Below, piece after piece: positions 22,933 through 34,649 of a stretch of 36,373 nucleotides of DNA (position 1 is its first letter; each line of letters starts with the position of its first letter). The stretch lies in NCBI RefSeq assembly GCF_001194135.2, contig NC_068981.1, forward strand, positions 105,821,933 to 105,858,305, given 5' to 3'. Both the position numbers and the translations under genes were made by a program. The notes under the pieces are model-generated. The model did no database searches. It saw nothing but the letters and a program-made list of their open reading frames with translations, and was not told the DNA's origin. Origin of the DNA: Octopus bimaculoides (lineage: Eukaryota).

Positions 22933-23789
22933 AAATTTAAGATTTATATTTGCATAAAAAAAGAATAATAGGAGTCAGTCAAATTGATTAGTACAGTAAT
23001 CTTTAAGGTTCTGCTTAGCATTAAATAGTTATTACAAATTTAAATCCTTTCATGGATATAGTTTGGGTGAGATTTATACTAGAGATACCATGTAAATAAA
23101 TAATTCTTTTGATGAGACACAAGATTAATTTTGTGGAATTTGTTTACAATCAGTTGATTCAAGGTATTTATTCTCTAAGCAATTCTATGTTTCTCTACCA
23201 ACTGGTGTATATTCTTGTACATTTACTTAGTGATTCTTCTGGCAGCTATGGTGAAATCTAATGCTCCACTGCTGAGGTCACAATGACACCAAAATATGTG
23301 TTGTCTCCTGTACTTACTGAAATAATTCAAATAATATTGGTTATTGACTTATATAGTTTTTTTTTTTCATTGCATAATTATTTCTTGTTAGCATTCTTGT
23401 GCTTCTAGCATTAACTTCGTTAACACTATCTATTAAGCCAATCATTATATTGATATCAGTTCGATGATTATCAATCATCTTTACTCAATCTAATCAACTA
23501 ATCATTTTCGTTTAATTAAATTAATCAACAGATATATCACAATTCAATTAATTTACATCTTCCCTCTTAATTGCTTTCTGTCCCTTGTCCCTTTCACTGA
23601 TGACTCATTCTGAGTTCTTCTATCACCACCACCATCACACCACTATCACTATATCTATTTACAGTAAAGCTTGGAACTACAATATGATTACAAACCAACA
23701 AGAAAGCCTCTTCAAGATTGCTTGACTTGAAAGAAATAGAAGTCAAGTCTTCCTCATATTTCTGCTTACTGTTTTAAAAAGGGGTACAT

Positions 23790-24100
23790 TGTGACTTAGT
23801 GATTACGATATTCATCTCACAATAATATGATTGTGAGTTCAATTTCCAGTAGCATGTTGTGTCCTTGAGCACTTTATTTCACATTGCTCCAGTCCATTCA
23901 TTTGGCAAAAATGAGTTGTATCTGTAATTCAAAAGGGCCAGCCTTGTCATATTCTATGTCACGTTGAACCTACCTAAAAACTACATTAAGGGTACACATG
24001 TCTGTGGAGTGCTCAGCCTCTTGCATGTTAATTTCACAAGCAGGCTGTTTTGTTGATTATATCAACTGGCACACTTGTCGTTGTAACCAATGGAGAGCCA
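23790..24100 (+). mobile_element. SINE sharing its 3' ~185 nt with family D but with a different central block
   Basis: 23915-24100 aligns to the reverse complement of 22555-22738. The upstream block GTTGTGTCCTTGAGCAC is absent from the 22549 copy. Confidence 0.7.
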
Positions 24101-24222
24101 GGCCAGATTATATAGATTAGGATACATTCTGTGAAAAAGACAAAGGGACAGTCATAGTTAGAATGCCATTGATCATAATCAACTCAGTCATAGGATACAC
24201 ACAATATCTTTCTTTCTTTCAG

Positions 24223-24375
24223 CTGCAGGCCAAGGTCAAACTCATATATTGCAGTGGTTAATTGAAATGGGTGCTACTGTATCTATAAGTAATCATGTTG
24301 GTGATTCACCAAAGGATTTAGCTGAGCGCTTTGCTCATCTAGCATGTATCAAACTGTTACAGGATGCTTACCCAG
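24223..24375 (+). CDS. ANKRD42: ANKRD42-like exon 8 (AAGQGQTHILQWLIEMGA...SPKDLAERFAHLACIKLLQDAYP)
   Basis: tctttcag| and |gttggt; 153 nt, phase 1-1. Matches recalled human AAGQGHIECLQWLIKMGA...RFAHLAAVKLL. Confidence 0.95.
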
Positions 24376-24508
24376 GTTGGTAAAAAGTACTTCTTTACAT
24401 ACAGCCCCCCACCCCCACACACACATACTCTAAGTAATGTTTGAATGTCTTTGCATATAATTATGCATAAGACACAGACATTAATATATGTGAGTCTGTA
24501 TCTATCTA

Positions 24509-25747
24509 TCAGGCTAAGTAAAGAGTAAGTAACGTTTTGGAAAATGAAATTCATCACAATATATTTCAAGAATGTGGAAATTTTATTCATCAAAGTAAGT
24601 ACAGTTACAATCAACACATTTTTGCCAATGAGTTACAAGCTTGTTTATTCTGGTATCATAAAAATCTGGAGTTCTGGAGCTGATGAACTCTCTTGAACGC
24701 ACTTTCAGCATCAATTTGATTTTTGAACTCCTTCTCTTGCAGGAAGCTATCAAGGTGCTTGAAAAAGTGGTAGATGGTAGCAGAAAGGTCTGGGGAGTAA
24801 GCTGGCTGGGCAAGAACTTTGTAGCCAAGTTCCCTCAATTTCTGGAGCATCATTAGTAAAATGTGTGGTCTAGCATTGTCATGAAGAATGATTGGCTCTC
24901 TTCTGTTGACCAGCAGTTTTTCATTCATTCTGGCAAATTCATGGCAATATGTTTCTGCAGTAATGGTTTTTCCGGGTTTTAAGAAGTTATAGTGGATGAG
25001 TCCAGCAGTACGCCACTAAACTATAAGCTTCTTTTTGAAGAGCTTGGGTTTAGGGAAGGTTTTAGTGCTTCATTTTGGTCCAACCACTACGAAGAATATT
25101 TTTTATAATTGTATAGAATCCAGTTTTCATCACAAGTTACAATATGGTCAAGATATGGATTGGTCTGGTTATGGAGAAATGATGAGCAAATTTCATATCT
25201 GCACATTTTCTGGTTTTCATTTAAATCATGTGGTACCCATTTGTCGAGCTTTTGTCATTTTCCGATTGCATGCAGTTTTCTGGCCCACTTGAAGTTTTTT
25301 TGCTAGTTCTCAAGTGGTTTCAAGTGGATCTTTCTCAATGATGGTCTTTAATTGATTGTCATTGATGACAGATGGGCATCCACTACGCTCACGATCTTCA
25401 AAGCTCAGGTCTCCACTGCGAAATCGTTTAGACCATTTTCAAGCTGACCACTCACTTTCCTCACCACACATTTTGTTGATATCACGAGCAGTTTCAGCTG
25501 CTTTATATCCTTTTTTGAAATTGAATAGCAAAATTACCCAAATAAAATGCTTTGACAATTCTATTTCAGACGATTGTAACAGGGGTGACAAAAATATCAA
25601 TGTTAATTTATTGATGCATTTGGGTAAATCTATGTCTTTTTTATCAGATAATTGTAAAATAATGCTTTAAAAAAATTTGAAACTCTGTAAAAATCCAGTA
25701 CAAATTCTTCATGGTTCAAAACGTTGTTTACTTTTTACTCAACCTGA
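24509..25747 (-). mobile_element. Full-length dead mariner (cecropia/Hsmar1-like), 1239 bp
   Basis: Imperfect TIRs of about 30 bp (TCAGGCTAAGTAAAGAGTAAGTAACGTTTT vs TCAGGTTGAGTAAAAAGTAAACAACGTTTT) with TA on both sides. Motifs WVPHDL, IVTCDENWILYN, LHDNARPH, YSPDLSATIYHFFKHLD and WQKCVDCN. Stops, frameshifts and third catalytic Asp changed to Ile. Confidence 0.92.
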
Positions 25748-25756
25748 TATCTATCT

Positions 25757-26390
25757 NNNNNNNNNNNNNNNNNNNNNNNNNNNNNNNNNNNNNNNNNNNN
25801 NNNNNNNNNNNNNNNNNNNNNNNNNNNNNNNNNNNNNNNNNNNNNNNNNNNNNNNNNNNNNNNNNNNNNNNNNNNNNNNNNNNNNNNNNNNNNNNNNNNN
25901 NNNNNNNNNNNNNNNNNNNNNNNNNNNNNNNNNNNNNNNNNNNNNNNNNNNNNNNNNNNNNNNNNNNNNNNNNNNNNNNNNNNNNNNNNNNNNNNNNNNN
26001 NNNNNNNNNNNNNNNNNNNNNNNNNNNNNNNNNNNNNNNNNNNNNNNNNNNNNNNNNNNNNNNNNNNNNNNNNNNNNNNNNNNNNNNNNNNNNNNNNNNN
26101 NNNNNNNNNNNNNNNNNNNNNNNNNNNNNNNNNNNNNNNNNNNNNNNNNNNNNNNNNNNNNNNNNNNNNNNNNNNNNNNNNNNNNNNNNNNNNNNNNNNN
26201 NNNNNNNNNNNNNNNNNNNNNNNNNNNNNNNNNNNNNNNNNNNNNNNNNNNNNNNNNNNNNNNNNNNNNNNNNNNNNNNNNNNNNNNNNNNNNNNNNNNN
26301 NNNNNNNNNNNNNNNNNNNNNNNNNNNNNNNNNNNNNNNNNNNNNNNNNNNNNNNNNNNNNNNNNNNNNNNNNNNNNNNNNNNNNNNNNC
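25757..26390. other. Assembly gap (634 N); other gaps at 5451-5614, 26948-26957, 27387-27419 and 33989-34031
   Basis: Runs of N, mostly next to microsatellites or inside transposons. Confidence 1.
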
Positions 26391-26401
26391 ACATATACAT
26401 A

Positions 26402-27326
26402 CACGGGTTGGACAAAATAATGGAAACACTTAGCATGATAGCATCATGATTTTGAAATATAACCGTCAAAAGTTTGTTTATTTTTATGGGTTTTTTAACT
26501 TATTATTAGTGTTGCTTAATATGTTTTGCTAAAATTGCTGTTTCTTTTCAGATATTATCAGAAAAAGGTAATTAAAATGCATAAAAATGACAGATCTAGC
26601 GGACTTTCAAAGAGGTCAAATTTTGGTGCTCATATGGCAGGCACTAGCGTAACGAAAACAGCCGAAATGTTTGGTGTATCAAGGTATACTGTCTCAAAAG
26701 TAATGACAGCCTTTGAGAAAGAGGGAAAAAGCTCCTCATCAAAACAAAACTCTGGAAGAAAACCAAAACTTTGGACTCTTATGCAAATTGTTAGAAAGGA
26801 TCACAAAAATACAGCTTTCAAAGTTCTGCAGAGCTTAATGACCACCTCAAGAACGTAGTTTCCACAAAGACTGTTCGCCAGGAGCTGCACAAAGCTGGAT
26901 TTCAGGGGAGGGCTCCAATCAGAAAACCACTACTTTCAAAAACAAATNNNNNNNNNNATCTTTCAGGGTGATAATGCACTAATTCACACAGCTAAATTTG
27001 TTATTGAATGGCATGAGGAACATTCTAGTGATGTTGAACATCTTATCTGGCCAACACAACCCCAGATCTCAATACTATTGAACATTTATGGAGCATTTTA
27101 GAAAAACAAGTAAGGAGTCGATATCCTCCACCATCATCACTACAAGAACTGGAGACTGTTTTTGCTGAAGAATGGACAAAAATTCCTTTGGAAACAATTG
27201 AAACTTTGCACAAGTCCATACCTCATAGAATTCAATCTGTAATTACTGGCAAAGGCGGTCCTACCCAATAGTAAAATAAACTTGTTTGAAATTTTAAGAT
27301 GTTTCCATTATTTTGTTCAACCCCTA
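26402..27326 (+). mobile_element. Tc1-like DNA transposon relic (middle missing or hidden by a 10-N gap)
   Basis: TIRs CACGGGTTGGACAAAATAATGGAAACA vs TAGGGGTTGAACAAAATAATGGAAACA with TA flanks. HTH GAHMAGTSVTKTAEMFGVSRYTVSKV...SGRKPKL; C-terminal FQGDNA and PDLNTIEHLW. Confidence 0.9.
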
Positions 27327-27347
27327 TATATGTGTGTATGTATGCAT

Positions 27348-27386
<39 letters not shown>

Positions 27387-28476
27387 NNNNNNNNNNNNNN
27401 NNNNNNNNNNNNNNNNNNNCACATTACACACACATACATACACACATACATGCTCACACACATACCTACACATATACATATCGTCATCATCATTTTAGTG
27501 TCTACACTTTTCCATATTTGTATTGATCAGATGAATGTATGTAGAGGCAGAGTTTTGTTTACAGCCAGATATCCTTCCTGACGCCAACCCCAAAGCGTTT
27601 TCAAATGAGGTAATAATGTCCCAGTATGTCTAGCAACAAACAGCCTAGGCATGCTTATGTGGAGGACTGGAAACAAATTACACTGAAATGAGCCTTTCGT
27701 TTACAAAGATTGTGCAACATGTCAAGGCATATCAGAAGACTTGGACATGTTTTTTGTAGTGGACTGCAAGCAAATGACACTGTTGAATGTAGCCATTTTT
27801 TTACAAATTTGTGAATAAATACATGTATAGACTCGAGAGACACAAATGCACTCTCACAAACACATACATACACACAATCATCATCATCATCATTGTCACC
27901 ATCATCTTCATCATCCTCCTCGTTTAACATCTACCTTCCATGTTGGCATGTATTTGATGGTTTGATTGGATCCAACAAACCAGAAAACCATGTCAAGTAC
28001 TGATTGCTTTCACATGGTTTCTATTGCTGTATGCCTTTCTTTATGCCAACCACTTTAGAAAGTATCCGGAGTATTTTTGTTTTTTTAATTTTTTTGTATG
28101 GTATCAGCATTAGTGTGGTTGTCAAGTAATTCACCAGACTAGATCCTTCAACTGAGTGGTAATGTTGTAGGAAGTAAAGTGGCTTTATGCCAAGTGTTGA
28201 GATACTGAAATATGTTAGAGGGATAGGAACAGGAATATTGCAGTAGAGAAGATACATGGCTACTCCTGCAGGAAAGAGATATAAAAATGGTGGCGATGCA
28301 ATGTCGGGATTTACTCTTATGGCGCAAGAGAGCGAACAGAAGATAGAATTGGGAAAAGTGAGTGGGTAAGTTCACAAGAATGTGAAAGGAGACAATCAAA
28401 CATATCTTTGTCAGAACTTTTCCTTTTCAAGAGCATGTTGATAAATACTGACTTAATACATATTTGTATTTTGCAG

Positions 28477-28563
28477 AAGAGGATGAAATTACTCAAATGG
28501 ATTTAGGTGGTCTCTCTAGGAACTCTACAGCACAAAATGCAGACAAAAATGATCAAGCATTAG
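28477..28563 (+). CDS. ANKRD42: ANKRD42-like exon 9, acidic linker (EEDEITQMDLGGLSRNSTAQNADKNDQAL)
   Basis: ttttgcag| and |gtaatg; 87 nt, phase 1-1, open frame linking exons 8 and 10. Homology is weak, so support is mainly splice signals and phase. Confidence 0.75.
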
Positions 28564-29339
28564 GTAATGTAGATTGCTGTTGTTTATTTCCTTTCTATTG
28601 AAATAAATTAAAGCAAGAATTACATTTATTATATATTTGTTTTTTGTTTTTCTGTTCATAAATCATGTACTTCCTTCTTCCCTTAGAAGATGTATCTGTT
28701 GAAAAATGATTAAATCACTTACTCAAGATTTTATGATCAGTAACAACAATCAATGAGTGATCATCTCTATCGTTTTCTTAATGAAATCAGATGTATCCAA
28801 GCCCACATTTTGTTTACTCACAGGAGTTTCATTTGAGCCTGCAAAAGCTAATATAACACTCATTAATTTAGCAGTATTGCTACTGCCTTCAGCAATTATT
28901 TCTTTCTTCGGTCCAGTAGACTCTGTGTACTGCTCAAACTCCTTACAGAAGAGTTTCTGGCAGTACACAGTATAGAGAGCACAGTCCTCAATGGCCGGTA
29001 TTCATTTGACTTACATAAAAAGAGAATTAGAGAGTGGAATATTTGAAAATTTTTTTTTAAATGCAATTGAAATGGAATCATACTTTACAGAATACAAAGA
29101 GGGTCTTTTTTTTTTAACTTGCTGGTTCTAAAGAAAGGCAGTGATTACGACTATTTAGAACCACAAGATTGATGCGAGATGGAGAGATGAGTGAGATGTA
29201 CCTGAGTAGAAGTAGCACATGACATGCTGGCTCTGAGGAACAAAACTCATTAATGGTCACTATTCCTCAGAGTAGTAGAGAAAGTGGAGAGAAGAAACAG
29301 CATGCTTGTGAGTTAGAGTCTGAAACATGTCTGTGATTG

Positions 29340-29800
29340 ATTTTATGCCAATCAGTCAGGGAGCCATTCATTGTTGTGTGAAGTCATATAAAAACAATAT
29401 GATAGACTCTACTGAGAGCAATGAAATTCTTACCCCAACTTCTACACTTTCTGAGAAACCACCTCCCCTACTAATTATATCATCTAGGTAACAGAAGCTA
29501 TAGACTACTTCTTTTGGGTCATTTAAGCATTTAAGAGAACCTATTTCTGGCCGGTTCATAGTACATATTGCCCTTGTGCATCTGCCACAAGCAAAGTTTA
29601 CTTCCTCTCTTACCCTGCCTATGATTATACAACATCTCTTGTGTGTTCATTGCTTATATTGGGCATAACATGTTGAGATTATAGCTGCTCCTTTTCTGCT
29701 TATTAAGCAAGCCCATTTCCTGATGCTACCATGATCTTGTCATCTTTCCTACTTACTAACACCTTCGTATTTGTTAAGTTTGCCTTGAGGCCTCACCAGC
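29340..29800 (-). mobile_element. Degenerate non-LTR retrotransposon RT fragment with a Cys-rich insert (RTE/RTEX-like)
   Basis: Minus-strand GLKANLTNTKVLVS...THKRC...FACGRC...EVVYSFCYLDDIISRGGG, with a frameshift and a stop. Confidence 0.7.
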
Positions 29801-30154
29801 TGGACAAGTAGTTCAGTTGGTCAAACAAGTGAATCATTGAAATTGACAGAGATCCATTTAGTTATATATATATATTAAAATAAGTATTGGAAGTTAACAT
29901 AATTGACAAAAATGCAGCATGCCCACAGTCCAATGATTGGAACTACTAAAAAAATACAAGAAGCACTACATGTTTTTTTAAACATTGCCAAATAGGGAAG
30001 AAGATTTCTTGAAAATCTACCAAAGCATCTTATACAAATGATTGTTAGTTCCCACCATCTTTGTTTTTATGACGATCATCATGATCATGATAATTTTTTA
30101 TTTACCATTACATAACAAAAAGCTTTGTCATCACCTGTGTCTTGTTTATTGTAG

Positions 30155-30281
30155 ACCGAGCAAAGGAAAAGGTGCAGGACCTTGAAGAAGAGCTGAATAT
30201 AGCTAGAAAGAACTACAGTCAACTTGGTGGCATGATTTCAGAGGAACAAAAACAAAGAAAAGACATACAAGAAAAAAATCA
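30155..30281 (+). CDS. ANKRD42: ANKRD42-like exon 10 (DRAKEKVQDLEEELNIARKNYSQLGGMISEEQKQRKDIQEKN)
   Basis: attgtag| and |gtactg; 127 nt, phase 1-2. Matches recalled human RAYKKIVEL...IAESNYKHLGG; coiled coil. Confidence 0.9.
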
Positions 30282-32559
30282 GTACTGAATTAAGTTTTCA
30301 AATTTAGTCTCAATTGCTGTCAGTATCATCTTCATCATTAATAACCACCACCACCACCACCACCACTACCAAGAACAACAATAACAGCAACATATGTAAC
30401 TTGCTGTTATTGTCATCAACACCCGATAACCACTAACACCATCACCATTTCATCTAAGTAGTTGTCTTTGTCACTAATCCAGTGAAAGATCAACTTTGTC
30501 ACTGATCCAGTGAGAGAGTTTCAATAATGTTGCTTGACCAGCTAGAAATAGAGGTTAAATATTTCTCACACCACGCCCTGACTGCATTTAATAATGTGGC
30601 CTGGGGTATACTATGTCTGCGAAAAAGATGGTATGATCAGGGCAGGAATTCCTTCAGCCATTGGTTAGTTCAATGAAGGGCTAAACAACATCATCACCAT
30701 CACTATCACCACCACCACGACCATTGTCATTACCACCACTACCACCACCAAGATCATCATTGTTGCTACGGTCATCATCATCATCATTATTGTCAATATC
30801 ATCATTTTAATGTTTTTATTGTTTTAATACCTGTGTTTTATAACTTGTTATATTGCCTCTTGGTGGTGGTAAAATGTTCTTTCATTTATTATTTTGTCAT
30901 CATTTAAGGCAGCGAGTTGGCAGAACTGTTAGCACATCGAACAAAATGCTAAGTGGTATTTTGTTTGTCTTCATATTCTGCCAAGGTTGACTTCACCTTT
31001 CATCCTTTCAGGGTTGATAAAATAAACACCAACTATGTACCAGGGTTGATGTTATCACCTAGCTCTGCTCCTGTAAAATTTCAGGCCTTGTGCTTTTAAT
31101 AGAAAAGATTGTTTTGTCACTATTTGTTTGTCTTTAACTACTTTATATGGCTTGGCGTAAGTAGACAGGGAACACCTATGACTTTTGCAGAGCTCCAAAG
31201 AAGTACTGGGGAAAAGTGTTATTGCATTTGAAAGACCATCAAACGGGATACTTTGCAAGACAGTGAACTCAGCTCAGGACCAAGAGCCTAGTGGTGGTAG
31301 TATCAAACTGATTAGCAGAATAGCTCTCCAACTTATTGGCAAGATGGTGGTTGGAGCTGAATAAACATGTTAGATTAAATACTTTTAGGCATTTAGTTCT
31401 TTTTCATTCTGAGTTCAAATTGCACCAAGATTGACTTAACTTTTAAGTGGCATACAAAAATTATTGTCCTTCCACAAACTTTGTGTCCTTGTAAGAAGTC
31501 AATATTATTTGACATCATCATCACCATCATTACAATCACTTAATGTTTGTTTTCCATGCTGGAATGAGCTAAACAGTTTGACAGAATCCAACAAGCCACA
31601 GAGCTATGCTGAGCTCCATTGTTAATTTGGTATGGTTGCTACAGCTGGTTGTCCTTCCTAATGCCAACCACTTTACTGAGTGTACTGGGTGCTTTTTATT
31701 TCGCAACACTGGCACTTGTGAGGTTGCAACTAACTTGAAAATCTCAAAAGAGAACGGAGGAAAAGGAAAAAGCTCTTGCTGCTAAGTGAGGGTGAGTTTC
31801 CAAGGGGGAAGGGGACTTTAAACCAAGTGTCAAAGGTTGCAGTATGATAGACAGACAAGCTACAGAAGGGATACATGATTACCACTCATATAAGCATGGG
31901 TGAGAGTAGCTGGGAGGAGCTAGAAGTTGTGATGGAGTGCCAAAGCAAACTCACAAGGTACAGGAAGGAAAGTATAAGAGAGAGCATAGACAATGGGTCA
32001 GGAGAGGACAGGGAAGAATAGGTGCATTCATAAGTTTGTGAGGGGAAAACAACAGAGGATCAGAGAAGGGAGTAGTGAAAGTTCCGTTGATGGGAAATAT
32101 CAGTATAGAGAAGGGGTATAGATCAGAAAGTTGGGGGATGATGTGCAAGGTAGAGATGTAGGAAAGCATAGGGGTAACTAGAAGGAGTGGAGTGTGATGG
32201 CATGTATGAGAGGATGTGAAGAATGAAAGCAAATATGTAAGATGTTAAATGGATTAGAATGGAATATGGTAAACTTGAAATTCGGATAATTTTTAGAGAT
32301 TATTGAAAAATATGTTACAATGAGTCTTGCAAATATTTCATAGTTCTGGTAGGCAAAATAGTGAATGTGTTATTTCAAAGAATAAAAATGAGATGTACTG
32401 AAAAAGCTGTTCCACTTAGGGTTCATTCTTATTGTTGGCAATCTGTGTCCTAATCAAACTGAATAGGGAGATGATTCAGGTCGATTGTTACAGTTTTTAA
32501 ACGAAATCTGTCAGATGGCAACCTGTTATACTCCACCAATCAAGGAGCCTCTAAGTGAC

Positions 32560-32735
32560 TGCTTTACCGGCAAGAAAAAGCAGCTAAATCTCCCCTCTAC
32601 TATCTTTAAACAAGACAAATGAATATTGGATAATAAAGTCTTAAATACACTGAAAATAAGGTGGAACAGTCATGGTTAGAATTCCTTTGATCATAGGTTG
32701 CCTCCAGCAGATCTGATATGGAGGGTTGGCAAAAC
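32560..32735 (+). repeat. Diverged repeat family F; related copies at about 17870-18040 (-), 30520-30690 (+) and 24120-24185 (+)
   Basis: Shared GGTTAGAATTCCTTTGATCATAGG block. Confidence 0.55.
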
Positions 32736-32941
32736 AATAATTTGAAAATGTAAACATCTTTAATAGCATTAAATAAATATGTTAACCCACAGAAGTTTTA
32801 TTGTTAAACAAATTCTATCTTACTTGATCTTTAATCGATACTTAATATGATGCTTTATTACAATGTTTTATAATAGTCTTCATAAAGTCTTTGGGATTTT
32901 ACTGAAATGTAATGACTAAATGTACTTGTTTAATTTTAAAG

Positions 32942-33071
32942 AACAATCAAAGAATTGGAAACTCAGCTTGAGTATGAGCGGCTACGTCGAGAGAAATTGG
33001 AGGCTCAGGTTGATGAGTGTCAACAACAGCTCGCTCTAATTGGAGCCAACTTCTCTTCTGAAGACACAGAT
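32942..33071 (+). CDS. ANKRD42: ANKRD42-like exon 11 (TIKELETQLEYERLRREKLEAQVDECQQQL...EDTD)
   Basis: ttttaaag| (AAG acceptor) and |gtatgt; 130 nt, phase 2-0. QLEYERLRREKLE matches the recalled human sequence exactly. Confidence 0.93.
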
Positions 33072-33369
33072 GTATGTAGCTATCTTGTTTTTAATCTCTA
33101 ACAGTCATTTTCAGCTATCATTAAAATATCCATGCCCAAAGGGTTATCATCAGGGTCTATAAGATTGGGATTCAACTGATACATTGTTCCAAGACCCAAA
33201 GAGTGAAGCAGAGATCTATGACCCCCACCTGCACCAAAAGAAACCCTTATAGTTCCTTGAATTTTGAGAGGAATCCTGCCCATCCCAGGGCCTGAAAGTG
33301 AATTTGTTGACTTTGCCAAATTTTTCTTGACGTTCCCTGCAGTTAAGAAAATATAATTAATTAATAATA

Positions 33370-34649
33370 TTGGGTTGTCCAGAAAGTTCGTGCCAATTTT
33401 TAAAGGAAAGAAAAAGGTCAATAAATACTTGCCATTACATTTTAATCAACCAAATATGAACCATTTTGTTGCACAATGCGTCTCCATCTTTCCTTTAACT
33501 TGAAAATAGCCTCTTCCCAGAATTGAGGTGGTTTCATGGCAAAGAATTTATCAAGGTATCTTTTTACGTCATCCAAGGAATTGAAATTTCTACCATTAAC
33601 ACTATTCTGCAGAGATCTGAATAAGTGGAAATCTGAAGGAGCAATATCTGGTGACTATGGAGGGTGGGGTAACACATCCCAGCCGAGCTGCAGCAATTTT
33701 TGTCTGGTTTCCGAAGAAACGTGCGGTCTTGCATTATCATGTTGGAAAACAACACCCTTCCTGTTGGCCAATTCTAGACGTTTCTCTTGAATTGCTGCTT
33801 TTAACTCGTCCAGTTGTGTGCAGTATTTCTTAGAATTAATTGTCTGGTTACTTGGGAGAAGCTCAAAGTACAGAATTCCTTTCCAATCCCACCAGACACA
33901 AAGCAAGACTTTTTTTAGGGTGAAGACCCACTTTTGGGGTGGCTAACGGTGGCTCATGTCGCTTATTCCAGGATCGCTTTCTCTGAACNNNNNNNNNNNN
34001 NNNNNNNNNNNNNNNNNNNNNNNNNNNNNNNAAAAGGTGCGTTTTCATTCTGTTTATTAAGTGAATCACAGATGGAAATGCGATCCAAAAGGTTCATCTC
34101 ACTCAACTCATGTGGTACTCAAACATTGTAGCAATTTGTGTACCCAAGCTTTACCAGGTGCTCATGAATGACGGATTTTGATAGGTTGAGGCTTTCTGCC
34201 AATTCTTGGGTTGTGCAATGTAGGTTATTCTCAATTAATGACTTGATTTGGTCATCATCTGTAGTGGATGGTCTGCCTGATCACTCTTTATCAATAAGGC
34301 TACAATCTCCAGCTCAGAACCTTGCGAACCACTTCCGTACAGTTCTTTCGGATAAAGAAACATCACTGTAAACTGCGCATATTTCTTTGGTTGTTTGTGA
34401 GGTATTTTTCCTTTTACGGAGAAAGAAAAGCATCAAGTGCTGAAAATGAACTTTCCTATCTTCCATTTTAAAGGGTTACAGAATTAACACAGGTTATGGG
34501 AACATAAACTGTCTTCCACGAAAAGATAGCTTAAACTGTGCTCTAAATGGAAGTGTAGTCAAATCCTATTTCATAGACTCAACCACATTTCTAAAATAAG
34601 TCGAAAGGTAAGCTACTATAAATCGGCATGAACTTTTTGGACAACCCAA
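33370..34649 (-). mobile_element. Near full-length dead mariner (mellifera-like), 1280 bp including 43 N
   Basis: 29-bp TIRs TTGGGTTGTCCAGAAAGTTCGTGCCAATT vs TTGGGTTGTCCAAAAAGTTCATGCCGATT with TA flanks. Motifs *VPHEL, MLCVWWDWKG, FQHDNARPH and HPP*SPDIAPSDFHLFRSLQN, with premature stops. Confidence 0.93.

Noticed and set aside
25677-26469. Long 217-247 aa ORFs (also 5255-5791)
   Set aside because: Artefacts of N runs translated as X.
31740-32232. Purine-rich tract and minus-strand ORF 31951-32232 (similar tracts at 5290-5450, 20760-20990 and 28140-28400)
   Set aside because: Compositionally biased, repeat-associated sequence with no recognisable domain.
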